Below are positions 8,609 to 18,264 of a DNA stretch of 64,000 bases, piece after piece. The first letter of the stretch is position 1; each line of letters starts with the position of its first letter. A program made the position numbers and the translations under genes. Source of the stretch: an uncultured Acidobacteriota bacterium. GTDB taxonomy: Bacteria > Acidobacteriota > Terriglobia > Terriglobales > Acidobacteriaceae. The notes under the pieces are model-generated. The model did not search any database. It saw only the letters and a program-made list of their open reading frames with translations, and was not told the DNA's origin. The stretch is from positions 469,167 through 533,166 of the forward strand of contig CAVWQE010000008.1 in assembly GCA_963757135.1 (NCBI GenBank), given 5' to 3'.

Positions 8609-9262
8609 GTGTTCGATCTCTTGCAGGTGATAACCCGTCATAAACTTCCCCACCTGCGGCGAAACTTGTTGGAGATCACAATTGTTTTCGTCTTGATTGT
8701 GATTGCGGTCTGGACTCAACCCGGGCACATACAATTGCTTGTCAGCCTGATTGCAACCGCGTGTGTAGTGGCATTCGCGATGGCCGGAAAGTGGAGTCCG
8801 TCTGAGTTGGGACTAACCCAACCTCTGACCGGAGCGGTCCCCATTTTGCTTGTCGGCGCTGTGGCATGCGGCGCAATCGCGCTGGTCGGAATTCTACTCA
8901 GGGGTGTGGGCCCAGGTTACACCGTCGCATTGAGCAGGTCATGGCAATACGCCATATGGGCGCTAGAGCAGGAGTTCATTCTGCAATCAATTTTCTTTGT
9001 GCGGCTGGAGGAAGTCGCCGGGTCACGGCGGGCAGTGATTGTGTCCGCAATGCTGTTTGCGCTTGTACACATTCCTAGCCCCATTCTGATGTTGTTGTCT
9101 GTTGCGGGGGGAATTCTGTTTTGCAATCTCTTTCGCAGATGGCGGAATCTGTATCCGCTGGGAGTTATTCATGCAGCCCTGGGATTGACGATTGCCGCCA
9201 GCTTTCCCGATAAGTGGATGCATCACATGCGAGTGGGGATCGGGTACTTGGTGTATCACTGA
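8609..9262 (+). CDS. CPBP-family intramembrane glutamic endopeptidase (CAAX protease-like)
   Basis: Multi-TM protein with EQEFILQSIFF (EExxxR-like), FALVHIPSP and VIHAALG motifs. Confidence 0.7.
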   Translation: MFDLLQVITRHKLPHLRRNLLEITIVFVLIVIAVWTQPGHIQLLVSLIATACVVAFAMAGKWSPSELGLTQPLTGAVPILLVGAVACGAIALVGILLRGVGPGYTVALSRSWQYAIWALEQEFILQSIFFVRLEEVAGSRRAVIVSAMLFALVHIPSPILMLLSVAGGILFCNLFRRWRNLYPLGVIHAALGLTIAASFPDKWMHHMRVGIGYLVYH

Positions 9263-9275
9263 AAGTGGCACCAGG

Positions 9276-11159
9276 CTACTGCGTATCCACGCCAAAGCCC
9301 AAGATCGCATTCACCGCGACCGCCTGATTTCCGCGAGTTGCGGGGGTCAACTTCCACTCCGGTACAGCAAGTAGCATCTTTTGCGCGAACTCGCTGCCGT
9401 CTGATTGCAGAAGATGGGCGTTCTTCACATTGCCATTGCTGTCGAGCTCGCAGCCGATCAGCACCTTTGAGTGATGCTGGCCACGCAGCAGCTCTGACGG
9501 AACATAGGCTTCCAGCACTCGCGGCGCAATCAGTTCTGTGGTGTAAGCGTGGCCAACAGAAGCTGGATCGGCAAACTGCATAACCGCGGTGCCAATTCGC
9601 GTGTTGATGTAGATGGTGTAAACGCGGTCGCCTTTTAACGCGCCGTAAAGATTCAGTGCACCGCCGGCACGCGGGCTGGCAATTACCGTAATGCCGTTGC
9701 CCATGTTCTTTGCAATATCTGAGTGTCCCGCCGGAGCCGGACTCGCCGGGCCGCCGAAGCTGGGAAGTGTAATTGAATTCTTGCCGCCGGAGACAGAGAC
9801 CCCAGGGGCTCGCGGCGTTCCGCTGCTCAGATTTCCCGTCCCGCCGGGGCCGAGATTGGGCGAGTTGCCGTTGCGGGCGTAGAAGTCGGTGCCCTTGTCG
9901 TTCCCAACAGTTGTTGCGCCAGCCGATGAACCGGATTCGGAACTGCCGGTTCCTTTGCCGGGTTGCATACCTGTGCCGCCGCCGGTCCCTCCGGAGCCGA
10001 GGTTGGTTGATCCTCCGTGTGCCATGGCAACGGTGGTTTTTTCGTCGTTCTTCGGAGCGGCCTGTTTTGGACCTGGATTCGGAGTGACGATCACGCCAAC
10101 GGTATGAGAATCGGCGGATCCAACTGGCTGCCGAAAAGCGGCGGGAAGATCTGGCGAGGGAGAGGCGACGATTGAGGCAAGCTGGTCGTTTCGTCCAACC
10201 GCAGATGAGGCATCGATCTTTGGAGCAGCCATCGTGTTTGGATCAGAAGAGGGTTTGCGCGAGCGGGCAACCTTGATCGGTGAAGGCGCTGGTGGAGGCG
10301 CCTGCACGGCCGTGTTCGTCTCGGGGAGATCAGGCATTTGTTGTCGCGCGCTAATCTTTGGAGCAGACGGTGAGGGGAGGGTAAGCCGGGCGCGATTATG
10401 CGTTACTTTGATGGGCGCGGCAACCGGAGGGGGGGCGACTGCTGCCACGCTGGTTGCCGGCAAATTCGGCATTGCGTTTTTCGGAAGCGAAACTTTCGGC
10501 GGCGCAACTACTGCGGATGTTGTTTTGTTGCGGTGCTCGCGATTCGCACGTACCAAAATCGGAGGCGTGGTGATGGCCGGCCGTACTATCGGCGGGGGGT
10601 CGGGTGCGGGTGGAACCGCAGTTTTGTAGGTCAACAGGTTCGATATCTGCGAATCAGATTGCGGCAAATGGAGGTCAGGAGCATCGACAACGCGAGCACG
10701 CAACTTTTCTCCGCGTGCGACCTTGATGGTTTGGGATGGATGCTGAAGGGAAGTGCCTCCGCGCGCACCCTGCTGACCAGCAGAACCGCCGGCAAGATCC
10801 TGAGTGCGCGGTAGCTCATCGGCCGAGAAATAGATCACATCGTGAGTCTGCGAAGACGGTTGAACAGACTCACGCCGAAGTACTTCAGATGGAACAGCAA
10901 TGACTGTGGCCAGCGCCGCGACTTCGAGCAAGAGAGCCAAGAGCATGCCGCGAAGAGGGAAGAGGCCGGCGTGTGCCTCAACATGCACTCGCGGAGGCGA
11001 GGGCCTCAGAGCGGGCCCAAGCGCAGAAATAAAGTCGCGCCACGGCGATGACCACTGAATCAGAAGCTGGGGAGAGTCGTTCACTCGGCGGCCTCGTGCA
11101 CGGGCGCTGCCTGCGCAATTAGTCCGCAAAAGTGTTTCCAATGGGTATTCGCCAGGCAC
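9276..11159 (-). CDS. Membrane-anchored proline-rich protein with a TonB-like C-terminal domain
   Basis: One TM helix (MLLALLLEVAALATVIAV), long Pro/Ala-rich repeats (APPP..P.PIKV occurs twice), and a C-terminal beta-rich end (NGNVKNAHLLQSDGSEFAQKMLLAVPEWKLTP). Confidence 0.45.
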   Translation of the reverse strand: MPGEYPLETLLRTNCAGSARARGRRVNDSPQLLIQWSSPWRDFISALGPALRPSPPRVHVEAHAGLFPLRGMLLALLLEVAALATVIAVPSEVLRRESVQPSSQTHDVIYFSADELPRTQDLAGGSAGQQGARGGTSLQHPSQTIKVARGEKLRARVVDAPDLHLPQSDSQISNLLTYKTAVPPAPDPPPIVRPAITTPPILVRANREHRNKTTSAVVAPPKVSLPKNAMPNLPATSVAAVAPPPVAAPIKVTHNRARLTLPSPSAPKISARQQMPDLPETNTAVQAPPPAPSPIKVARSRKPSSDPNTMAAPKIDASSAVGRNDQLASIVASPSPDLPAAFRQPVGSADSHTVGVIVTPNPGPKQAAPKNDEKTTVAMAHGGSTNLGSGGTGGGTGMQPGKGTGSSESGSSAGATTVGNDKGTDFYARNGNSPNLGPGGTGNLSSGTPRAPGVSVSGGKNSITLPSFGGPASPAPAGHSDIAKNMGNGITVIASPRAGGALNLYGALKGDRVYTIYINTRIGTAVMQFADPASVGHAYTTELIAPRVLEAYVPSELLRGQHHSKVLIGCELDSNGNVKNAHLLQSDGSEFAQKMLLAVPEWKLTPATRGNQAVAVNAILGFGVDTQ

Positions 11160-11229
11160 GCGCTGTTCGACAGACGAGTGCCGCGACTCGATTTAACTGC
11201 AGACATGGGTGAATGGGACAACATGCAAA

Positions 11230-12180
11230 CTACTTTCGTACCGCCGGGGACAGTTCGTGGAGGAGTTCGATCAGTGCCGGCCCGAGGGTTACAAATATCA
11301 GCGGGAGCAGCGCAAACACAACCAGAGGGATGATCATCTTGGTGGAAGTCTTGGCCGCAGCTTCTTCGGCTCGACGGCGACGCTCGGTGCGCAGCGCGTC
11401 GGAGTAAAGGCGGAGAGCCTGGGCAATGCTGGTTCCGAAGCGGTCGGTCTGTACAAGGGCGCTGACGAGAGCGCGAACGTCGTCCACGCCGGTACGGGCC
11501 GCCAGGCTGCGAAGCGCGTCGGCGCGAGGCTTGCCGGCCCGCATCTCAAGATTGGAAATATAAAATTCCTCGCTCAACGCCGGATGCGCGTACTTCAGGT
11601 CCTCACCTACTCGCAGCAGAGCATTGTCGAGCGCGAGCCCGGCCTCGACGCAGACCACCGTCAGGTCCAGTGCATCCGGCAACCCCACGGTAATTTCGCG
11701 CTGACGGATGCGGATGAGGCGCTTCAAAATGAAGCGGGGCAGAAATAGTCCGAGCGCGGCAGCGCCAGCCAGCAAGGCCACGGAATCAAAGCCGGTTACT
11801 GCCAGCGCAAAGAGGAACAACGCTGCGGCTCCGACGATTCTGCTGCCTTGATATATCACCAGATGCCGGCGCTCGCGGAATCCTGCCTGAATCAGCCAAA
11901 TGCGCGAGCGGTCTCCGGGAGAAAGTTGCAAAGCTCGGCCCAAGGGATCGAGTACATGGTCCATACGCTCGCGAAAGCTGGATTTCTGGCGCGCCGCAGA
12001 GGGCTCAACCCCGAGCGACTTCAGCCTTTCGCCCAATACCGACGAAGGCGCGTAAGCAGCGGAGGCCAAAGCAAAGACGGCCACAGCGACTGCTACGAAT
12101 ACGAAGATTGCGATCACCGGCAGCATGGGACTGGATCTTGATCCGTCAGACCTCGATCTGAATGATCCTCCTGATGACAA
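11230..12180 (-). CDS. tadC: Tad/Cpa platform protein, type II secretion system F family (TadC-like)
   Basis: T2SSF-type polytopic protein (GLPDALDLTVVCVEAGLALDNAL...). Last gene of the cpa/tad block. Confidence 0.75.
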   Translation of the reverse strand: MSSGGSFRSRSDGSRSSPMLPVIAIFVFVAVAVAVFALASAAYAPSSVLGERLKSLGVEPSAARQKSSFRERMDHVLDPLGRALQLSPGDRSRIWLIQAGFRERRHLVIYQGSRIVGAAALFLFALAVTGFDSVALLAGAAALGLFLPRFILKRLIRIRQREITVGLPDALDLTVVCVEAGLALDNALLRVGEDLKYAHPALSEEFYISNLEMRAGKPRADALRSLAARTGVDDVRALVSALVQTDRFGTSIAQALRLYSDALRTERRRRAEEAAAKTSTKMIIPLVVFALLPLIFVTLGPALIELLHELSPAVRK

Positions 12181-13123
12181 AATATCCGATCGTCTGCAAG
12201 CTTATACCGGCAGCCAGCAGCATGTGACCGATGGGATCGTCGAATAGCGGCCGTATGAACGACGGATTCACAAACAGCATGGTCACCACAATAACGGGGG
12301 GCAGCGCCATTAACAGCATCATGGTGAGGCGCCCTTGAGCGGTATAAACCCTGACCTGGCGCAGAATCTTGAAGCGCTCACGAATCATATAAGAAAGATT
12401 ATCGAGAATTTCTGCGAGATTGCCGCCGGTCTCACGCTGCAACATAACCGCCGTGACGAAAAACTTGACATCCATTAGCGGCATGCGCTGGGTCAGGTTC
12501 AGCAGGGCATCGCGGACGGGCATGCCATATTTCTGTTCCTCATAAAACTTACGGAATTCTGTCGACACCGGTTCGGCCAGTTCGCTACAAAGAATTTCAA
12601 CGGCCATTGTAAAAGCGTGACCAGCCCGGACGGCGCGCGCCAGGGTGTCAATGGCTTCGGGAAATTCTTCTTCGAATTTCTGAAAGCGCCGGTTACGTTG
12701 CCGCGAGGCGTACGAATACGGGACGATCGCGCCGAGGCCGCCACTGACCAGCGTGAACAACAGGTTTTCATTGAACGGGAAGGTGTCAGTAAGCAGATAT
12801 CCGCCTGCACCAAACACGAGCATGCTGATCACTGAATAGATCAGAATGTTGCCAGCGCGCATCGAGAGTCCGGCCTGGTCGAGCAAATTCTGCAGACGCG
12901 AAACCTGTTCTGAACGCCGCAAAAGCAGGTCCAGAGCCGGAATGCGGCTGAACATTTCGTCGCGCAGCAAGGCCATCGCCTCGGAAGACGCTCCGGGCGC
13001 TTGGGCAGCAGCCACGCGTTCGCGAATCAGGCGGGCGCGGGCATTGCGCTGGTCGAGCAATACCAGGAAAGAAAATGCCGCAATGGAAACGGTTACGAAC
13101 AGGATGAGAGGTATTAAAAGCAT
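12146..13123 (-). CDS. tadB: Tad/Cpa platform protein, type II secretion system F family (TadB-like)
   Basis: T2SSF domain (FPEAIDTLARAVRAGHAFTMAVE...). Immediately downstream of the CpaF ATPase gene. Confidence 0.75.
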   Translation of the reverse strand: MLLIPLILFVTVSIAAFSFLVLLDQRNARARLIRERVAAAQAPGASSEAMALLRDEMFSRIPALDLLLRRSEQVSRLQNLLDQAGLSMRAGNILIYSVISMLVFGAGGYLLTDTFPFNENLLFTLVSGGLGAIVPYSYASRQRNRRFQKFEEEFPEAIDTLARAVRAGHAFTMAVEILCSELAEPVSTEFRKFYEEQKYGMPVRDALLNLTQRMPLMDVKFFVTAVMLQRETGGNLAEILDNLSYMIRERFKILRQVRVYTAQGRLTMMLLMALPPVIVVTMLFVNPSFIRPLFDDPIGHMLLAAGISLQTIGYFVIRRIIQIEV

Positions 13124-13132
13124 TTCTCCCGC

Positions 13133-14428
13133 TTAGACCTCCGTCCGGGTCTCAAACAGCTCGGGCCGCAATGGATATCCCGCAGTCGCCAGACGTTCTG
13201 TAAACCGCGATTTTGCTCCCGTCGCCCGAAATACACCATGCACTTTACCGGCCTTGTCGATTCCGCTGCGGTCGAAGGTGAAGATGTCCTGCATCCAGAT
13301 GCTGTCGGCTTCCATGCCTGTGATTTCAGAAATTGACATGATCTTGCGGGTGCCGTCGGTAAGCCTGGCAACCTGAACCACAATGTGAATCGCCGAAGTA
13401 ATCTGTTGTCGAATCGCCCGCTCGGGAATATTCAGGTTCGCCATGGAGAACATACTTTCCAGCCTGGCCAGGGCATCTCGCGGCGTGTTAGCGTGCACCG
13501 TGGTGAGCGAGCCTTCGTGGCCGGTGTTCATCGCCTGCAGCATGTCAAAGGTTTCTTCGCCGCGCACTTCGCCGATGATGATGCGGTCAGGGCGCATACG
13601 CAGGCTGTTGATGACCAACTGACGTTGTCGAACCGCGCCCTTTCCTTCAATGTTTGGCGGCCGTGTCTCCAGCCGCACAACGTGTTCCTGCTTGAGTTGT
13701 AACTCGGCGGCGTCTTCGATGGTGACCACGCGTTCGTAGTCCGGAATAAAGCCGGAGAGAACGTTCAGCAATGTAGTCTTGCCGGCGCCGGTCCCGCCGG
13801 AGATCAGAATGTTCAGCCGGGCCTTGACCATGCAGACTAGTGTTTCAAGCATGGAATCAGTCAGCGTGCGGTTCTCAATCATGTTGCGTGAAGTGATGGG
13901 ATCGCGGCCAAAGCGGCGGATCGAAAGCACCGGGCCGTCAAGCGCCAGTGGGGGAATGATCGCATTTACGCGCGAACCGTCGGCAAGGCGTGCATCAACC
14001 ATGGGCGAGCTTTCATCCACGCGGCGCCCTACGCGCGAAACGATGCGGTCGATGATCTGCATCAGGTGGGCGTCGTCTTTGAAGCTGAGGCCGGTGATTT
14101 CCAGCTTGCCACCGCGCTCCACATAAACTTTGTTGTAACGGTTGACTAAAATGTCCGAAATTGTTGGATCCTTTAGCAGTTGCTCCAGCGGGCCAAGGCC
14201 GAAAATCTCGTCGAGAATCTCACGCGACAAGCGCTCACGTTCGGCGAAGCTGAGAGGCACGGCTTCACTGTTGACAGTGCCTCGGATGACAAGGAGAACT
14301 TCCTCACGGGCAGCGGCGCTGGGGGTGCGCCCCAGTTTTTCCAGATCCAGGCGGTCCAGAATCTTACGGTGCAGGTCGGCTTTTACCTGCTGATAGCTGC
14401 TGCGCTCAAATGCTTGAAGATTCGGCAT
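13133..14428 (-). CDS. cpaF: CpaF/TadA-family secretion ATPase
   Basis: Walker [10 protein letters not shown], Asp box and Walker B ([11 protein letters not shown]), His box ([12 protein letters not shown]). Confidence 0.9.
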   Translation of the reverse strand: MPNLQAFERSSYQQVKADLHRKILDRLDLEKLGRTPSAAAREEVLLVIRGTVNSEAVPLSFAERERLSREILDEIFGLGPLEQLLKDPTISDILVNRYNKVYVERGGKLEITGLSFKDDAHLMQIIDRIVSRVGRRVDESSPMVDARLADGSRVNAIIPPLALDGPVLSIRRFGRDPITSRNMIENRTLTDSMLETLVCMVKARLNILISGGTGAGKTTLLNVLSGFIPDYERVVTIEDAAELQLKQEHVVRLETRPPNIEGKGAVRQRQLVINSLRMRPDRIIIGEVRGEETFDMLQAMNTGHEGSLTTVHANTPRDALARLESMFSMANLNIPERAIRQQITSAIHIVVQVARLTDGTRKIMSISEITGMEADSIWMQDIFTFDRSGIDKAGKVHGVFRATGAKSRFTERLATAGYPLRPELFETRTEV

Positions 14429-14439
14429 AACATCAGCCC

Positions 14440-15900
14440 TTACTTTTTGGCTCCGCCATTGGATCCTTGTCCATCAAACTTGCCCTTGTCCATGAACGGC
14501 TGCGGATACTTCGGCGTCCCTGGCGTCTGCGCATTCGGGAAAATGCGGTGAACGGTGCACAGTACAACCAGTTCGGTAGTGCTTTTTTGCATGTTCTTGC
14601 TGCGGAATAAATTACCCAGAATCGGAATGTCTCCCAGCCCTGGGACCTTGCTGTATTGATCGGTGACTCGGTTGTCCATCAATCCCGCAATCACGAAGCT
14701 CTGTCCATCCTGCACTTCAAACTCCGTCTGTGCGCGACGGGTGCTCAAGGCAGGAACTGTAAAGCCGGATATCGTCAATGCATTGGTGAAATCGAGCTGA
14801 CTGACCTCCGGCACTACCTGCAAATGGATGTTGCTATTAGGCATGATCACAGGTGTGAATTTCAGTTTCACACCGAACTCACGGAATTGGATGGTGACGG
14901 CGGTGAAGCCTTGTCCAGGCTGCACGATGGGGAAGGGAAACTCACCACCGGCCAGGAAGCTGGCTTCTTTGCCGTTGACTGCGATCAGGTTCGGCTCGGC
15001 GAGGATCTCAAGAAGGTTTTTTTGTTGCAGGGCCTGAATCACCGCTCCCAGATTGATGTCGGGGCGAAACAGGAACAAATTCAGCGGTTGATTGAAATTG
15101 ATAGCGGGGGTGGTGGCGGTGCCCGAACCAGTGCTGGAGGTCCCGCCGGCACCCGAACTTCCCGTCTGAAAGCCGCCGAACTGCCCCGTAGTGCTCGTAC
15201 CGATAGTATTTGCCGCGCCGTTGCTGAAGATGTTCACTCCCAGCTGGGTTACGGCAGTGCGGTCGACCTCGGCAAATTTGACCTCCAGTAAAACTTCTTG
15301 CGCGCCCACAGGGCCAAATGTCAGAACGTTGATCACGTTCTTGGAATAGGCGGCCGCCACCATCCCGGCATGTTTGGCGACGTCTTCGGTAGTCACGTGT
15401 CCGGATAGCACAATGGCCGAGCGGGATGCCGAGATATCAATCTGCTCATCAGGGAAGATTCTCTTGATCTCTTCGCGTGCAGCCGTCACATCCACGTCCA
15501 CACGTAAGTCAAAGCTGCGCGAACGCTCAAACTCATCCCAGATGAGCAGGGAAACTTCGCCTGGTGAGCGTCCATGTACTAGCACCTGGGTTGGGGTGAC
15601 GACTAACGCGTCGGCGATTTCGGGATCAGTGACCGAGACACGCTTGAGTTTGTCCGTGGTGTTGATCAGCAGAGACTTGCCCACCATGACCCGCAGGGGC
15701 GCGGGCCCTTCTTCTTCGGCAGGAGTTTGTGCCGGGGTTGCGGTAGGGGTCTGTGCGGGTGCTGACGTTGAGGCGGGAGTCTGGCTTTGCGTATCCGGAG
15801 CCGGCGGAGTTGCGGCAGACTGCTGTGCCGCGCAAACTGCCCCGAGCACCAGGGCGATCACGAAATGGAGACCGCGAGAATCTGAAAATTGCTTGCGCAT
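14440..15900 (-). CDS. cpaC: Tad secretin (CpaC/RcpA family)
   Basis: Signal peptide, a BON-like N-terminal pilus-assembly domain, and a C-terminal secretin domain ([16 protein letters not shown]). Confidence 0.85.
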   Translation of the reverse strand: MRKQFSDSRGLHFVIALVLGAVCAAQQSAATPPAPDTQSQTPASTSAPAQTPTATPAQTPAEEEGPAPLRVMVGKSLLINTTDKLKRVSVTDPEIADALVVTPTQVLVHGRSPGEVSLLIWDEFERSRSFDLRVDVDVTAAREEIKRIFPDEQIDISASRSAIVLSGHVTTEDVAKHAGMVAAAYSKNVINVLTFGPVGAQEVLLEVKFAEVDRTAVTQLGVNIFSNGAANTIGTSTTGQFGGFQTGSSGAGGTSSTGSGTATTPAINFNQPLNLFLFRPDINLGAVIQALQQKNLLEILAEPNLIAVNGKEASFLAGGEFPFPIVQPGQGFTAVTIQFREFGVKLKFTPVIMPNSNIHLQVVPEVSQLDFTNALTISGFTVPALSTRRAQTEFEVQDGQSFVIAGLMDNRVTDQYSKVPGLGDIPILGNLFRSKNMQKSTTELVVLCTVHRIFPNAQTPGTPKYPQPFMDKGKFDGQGSNGGAKK

Positions 15901-15945
15901 TTATGAAAACCCGACGCGTAGATTTCCACTTCTACTACAGCGGGA

Positions 15946-16788
15946 TCAATCTGGCAGCTTGGTAATATCCCGCTTGTCGCCCCTGATCACTTCCACCGGA
16001 TACGCCGTCGGCGCCGGAGCCTGGACCACCGGCGCAGCTTTCGGTCTTACATGTGCCGCCGTTGAAGTGACCGCAGGCTTCTGATTCGGATAGAGCGAAT
16101 GAATGCCAACCGCGGCAACTTCGGCCTGACTTGTATCCAATGGATTCCGCAGAGCCAGTTGAATCCTGCCCTGCGCCACAGCCAACGCCAATTTTTGCGC
16201 GTCGTCCGGAGAAACCAGCAGGGTGATCAATGGCGAGTTTTGCGAGTCTGCTGCGGTAGCGCTGCGGTCAAGCCTAGCGCCATTGGCGAGCACCGCTATG
16301 TTCCTAAGGACGGTCATGGTTTGAGCTTCACCGGATCCCGAGGTTCCAGTCATTAGCACGTCCACGCGAGTGCCCGGCTGCACAAATCCGCCTACCGAGC
16401 TGCCATCGTTCACTCGCACTGAAACCGCGCGCATGCCGGATGGAATCATTGACGGCAATCCTGAACCGGCGTTTTCCGACGCTAGATTCTTGCCCGAGAT
16501 GAAAAACTCGCCTTGCGCAATGGGTAAGACAGCGCCTCGTCCAAGCAGCCGCTTGGTGCTGCCGAATGCGCCGGGAGGCGTTGCGTCGGTCGAAACCTCG
16601 ACCATGCGGACGTCCTTCTCCTGTATCCGTGTGCCGACTGAAATGTCAGCCGCCGCAACTGCAACTTGTTGCATACCTGCCCGAGACCTGCCGCTCCGCT
16701 CCTGAAGAGTGCGGTACGCCCAGATACTCGCGAGCAAGCCCAGTGCCAGCGCCAGAAATCCAATAAAAATCAAACGAGTACGGTTCAT
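15946..16788 (-). CDS. cpaB: Flp pilus assembly protein CpaB/RcpC
   Basis: N-terminal TM helix, a SAF-like domain (VAVAAADISVGTRIQEKDV) and an RcpC-like C-terminus. First gene of the cluster. Confidence 0.8.
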   Translation of the reverse strand: MNRTRLIFIGFLALALGLLASIWAYRTLQERSGRSRAGMQQVAVAAADISVGTRIQEKDVRMVEVSTDATPPGAFGSTKRLLGRGAVLPIAQGEFFISGKNLASENAGSGLPSMIPSGMRAVSVRVNDGSSVGGFVQPGTRVDVLMTGTSGSGEAQTMTVLRNIAVLANGARLDRSATAADSQNSPLITLLVSPDDAQKLALAVAQGRIQLALRNPLDTSQAEVAAVGIHSLYPNQKPAVTSTAAHVRPKAAPVVQAPAPTAYPVEVIRGDKRDITKLPD

Positions 16789-16983
16789 CTACTGCTCCGG
16801 GCTAAGTTTCCGTCCGGCAGAGACACTTCCGCCAGCTTCCAACTGCTGGCCAATGCTCCAATGCCGGTCGTAGTCAAGCAAAAGGGGGAGGTGCTTCGAA
16901 GTGCTGACCATGATACCGCGCCGAAAGGCAAAAAGGATGATTAATTTGTCGGCTACAGAAGGCCTCAGCTTCCGGGTGCTAAA

Positions 16984-18264
16984 GTGCTACCGTCCTCGGA
17001 TTCGACCGGTAACGGAGTGTACGGTTTGCTGAGTCTGGCCTACAAACGCGGGTTTATCGTGCTTCTCGCCACCGGACTGACGTTAAATTTCTTCTTACTG
17101 TGGAGCGATTGGCGCGAACTGAAGCTGGGCTATGCCGACTTCACGATTTTCTACTCCGCCGCAGGAATTGTGCGTTCCGGCCAGGGAGCAGGCCTGTACA
17201 GCGAGCAGGCCCAGTGGCAGGCGCAGCAGGCATCCGCTCCAGGCGTGAGCATCCGGCATGGTGCGCTGCCGTACAATCACCCGCCGTTTGAGGCGCTGCT
17301 GTTTGTGCCCTTCACTTTTCTCCCGTACTTTTCGGCGTATCTGGCATGGGACGCGGTGAATGTGGTCATACTCGTCGTGGTGATTTGGCTGGTTCGACGC
17401 CGGTCAGAACGGTTGCGCCGGATTCCGTGGTTGCTGTTGCTTTTGTCCACCCTGAGCTTTTTTCCGGTCTTCATGTGCTTGTTCCAGGGGCAAGACGTGA
17501 TTCTGCTTCTGCTGGTGATGAGCAGCGCGTACGCTTTCCTGAAAGACGGCTCCGACCTTAGAGGTGGGATCGCTCTGGGGCTGGGAGTGTTTCGTCCTCA
17601 ACTGGTGCTGCCTTTGGCGCTGCTGGTGCTCTGCATGCGCAAAACTGCGCGCTTCGCAGTGGGGTTCGTGCTCTCAACCGCGGCCATGGCGGCAGTTTCG
17701 ATCGCGGTCGTCGGGTGGCGGAGTTTCATTGCTTATCCGAGCTACGTGTGGAGGATAGAGGGGGCGCTTGGGAATGGCGCCATCGTTCCGGCAAACATGC
17801 CTAACCTGCGTGGGCTTTTCTCGGTTCTGCACGAAGGCAGTTTGAGCGCCTTCCTCGTGACTGGGCTGAGCTCGATTCTCTTGTTTGCGTATGCCGCGCG
17901 AGTGCTTGGCTCACCGGGGCGGCGGCTTAACTTGGAATTGAGCTTCGTGGTCGCCGTTCTGGTTGCGTTGCTTGTGAGCTACCACTTGCTTATCTATGAC
18001 CTTGCGCTTTTGTTCCTCCCCCTTCTCTTGATGTACCAGGAATGGGAGGCGATTTCGGATCGATCTTTTTCGGCAGCAAGACGCTTGGCAGTCATCGGGC
18101 CGATCGGTTTCTTGTTTTGTACTCCTCTACTGATGTGGCTATGGCTACGTTGGGGTCACTTCAACATGGTTGCGATCATATTGCTGGTGTGGCTGTTGGG
18201 AATTGTGCAGCTCCGTTCGCGACCAGCCATGCGGCGGGATGAAATGCTGGCGGCACAGAAGTGA
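16984..18264 (+). CDS. Polytopic membrane glycosyltransferase, GT87/DUF2029-like
   Basis: More than 10 predicted TM helices, with YNHPPFEALLFVPF and FRPQLVLP motifs resembling DUF2029 mannosyltransferase-like proteins. GTG start. Confidence 0.55.
   Translation: MLPSSDSTGNGVYGLLSLAYKRGFIVLLATGLTLNFFLLWSDWRELKLGYADFTIFYSAAGIVRSGQGAGLYSEQAQWQAQQASAPGVSIRHGALPYNHPPFEALLFVPFTFLPYFSAYLAWDAVNVVILVVVIWLVRRRSERLRRIPWLLLLLSTLSFFPVFMCLFQGQDVILLLLVMSSAYAFLKDGSDLRGGIALGLGVFRPQLVLPLALLVLCMRKTARFAVGFVLSTAAMAAVSIAVVGWRSFIAYPSYVWRIEGALGNGAIVPANMPNLRGLFSVLHEGSLSAFLVTGLSSILLFAYAARVLGSPGRRLNLELSFVVAVLVALLVSYHLLIYDLALLFLPLLLMYQEWEAISDRSFSAARRLAVIGPIGFLFCTPLLMWLWLRWGHFNMVAIILLVWLLGIVQLRSRPAMRRDEMLAAQK

Noticed and set aside
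16789-16911. 40-codon ORF abutting the cpaB start, considered as the missing Flp pilin
   Set aside because: MVSTSKHLPLLLDYDRHWSIGQQLEAGGSVSAGRKLSPEQ has no hydrophobic Flp core and no G/XXXXEY processing motif. It is probably non-coding leader sequence.
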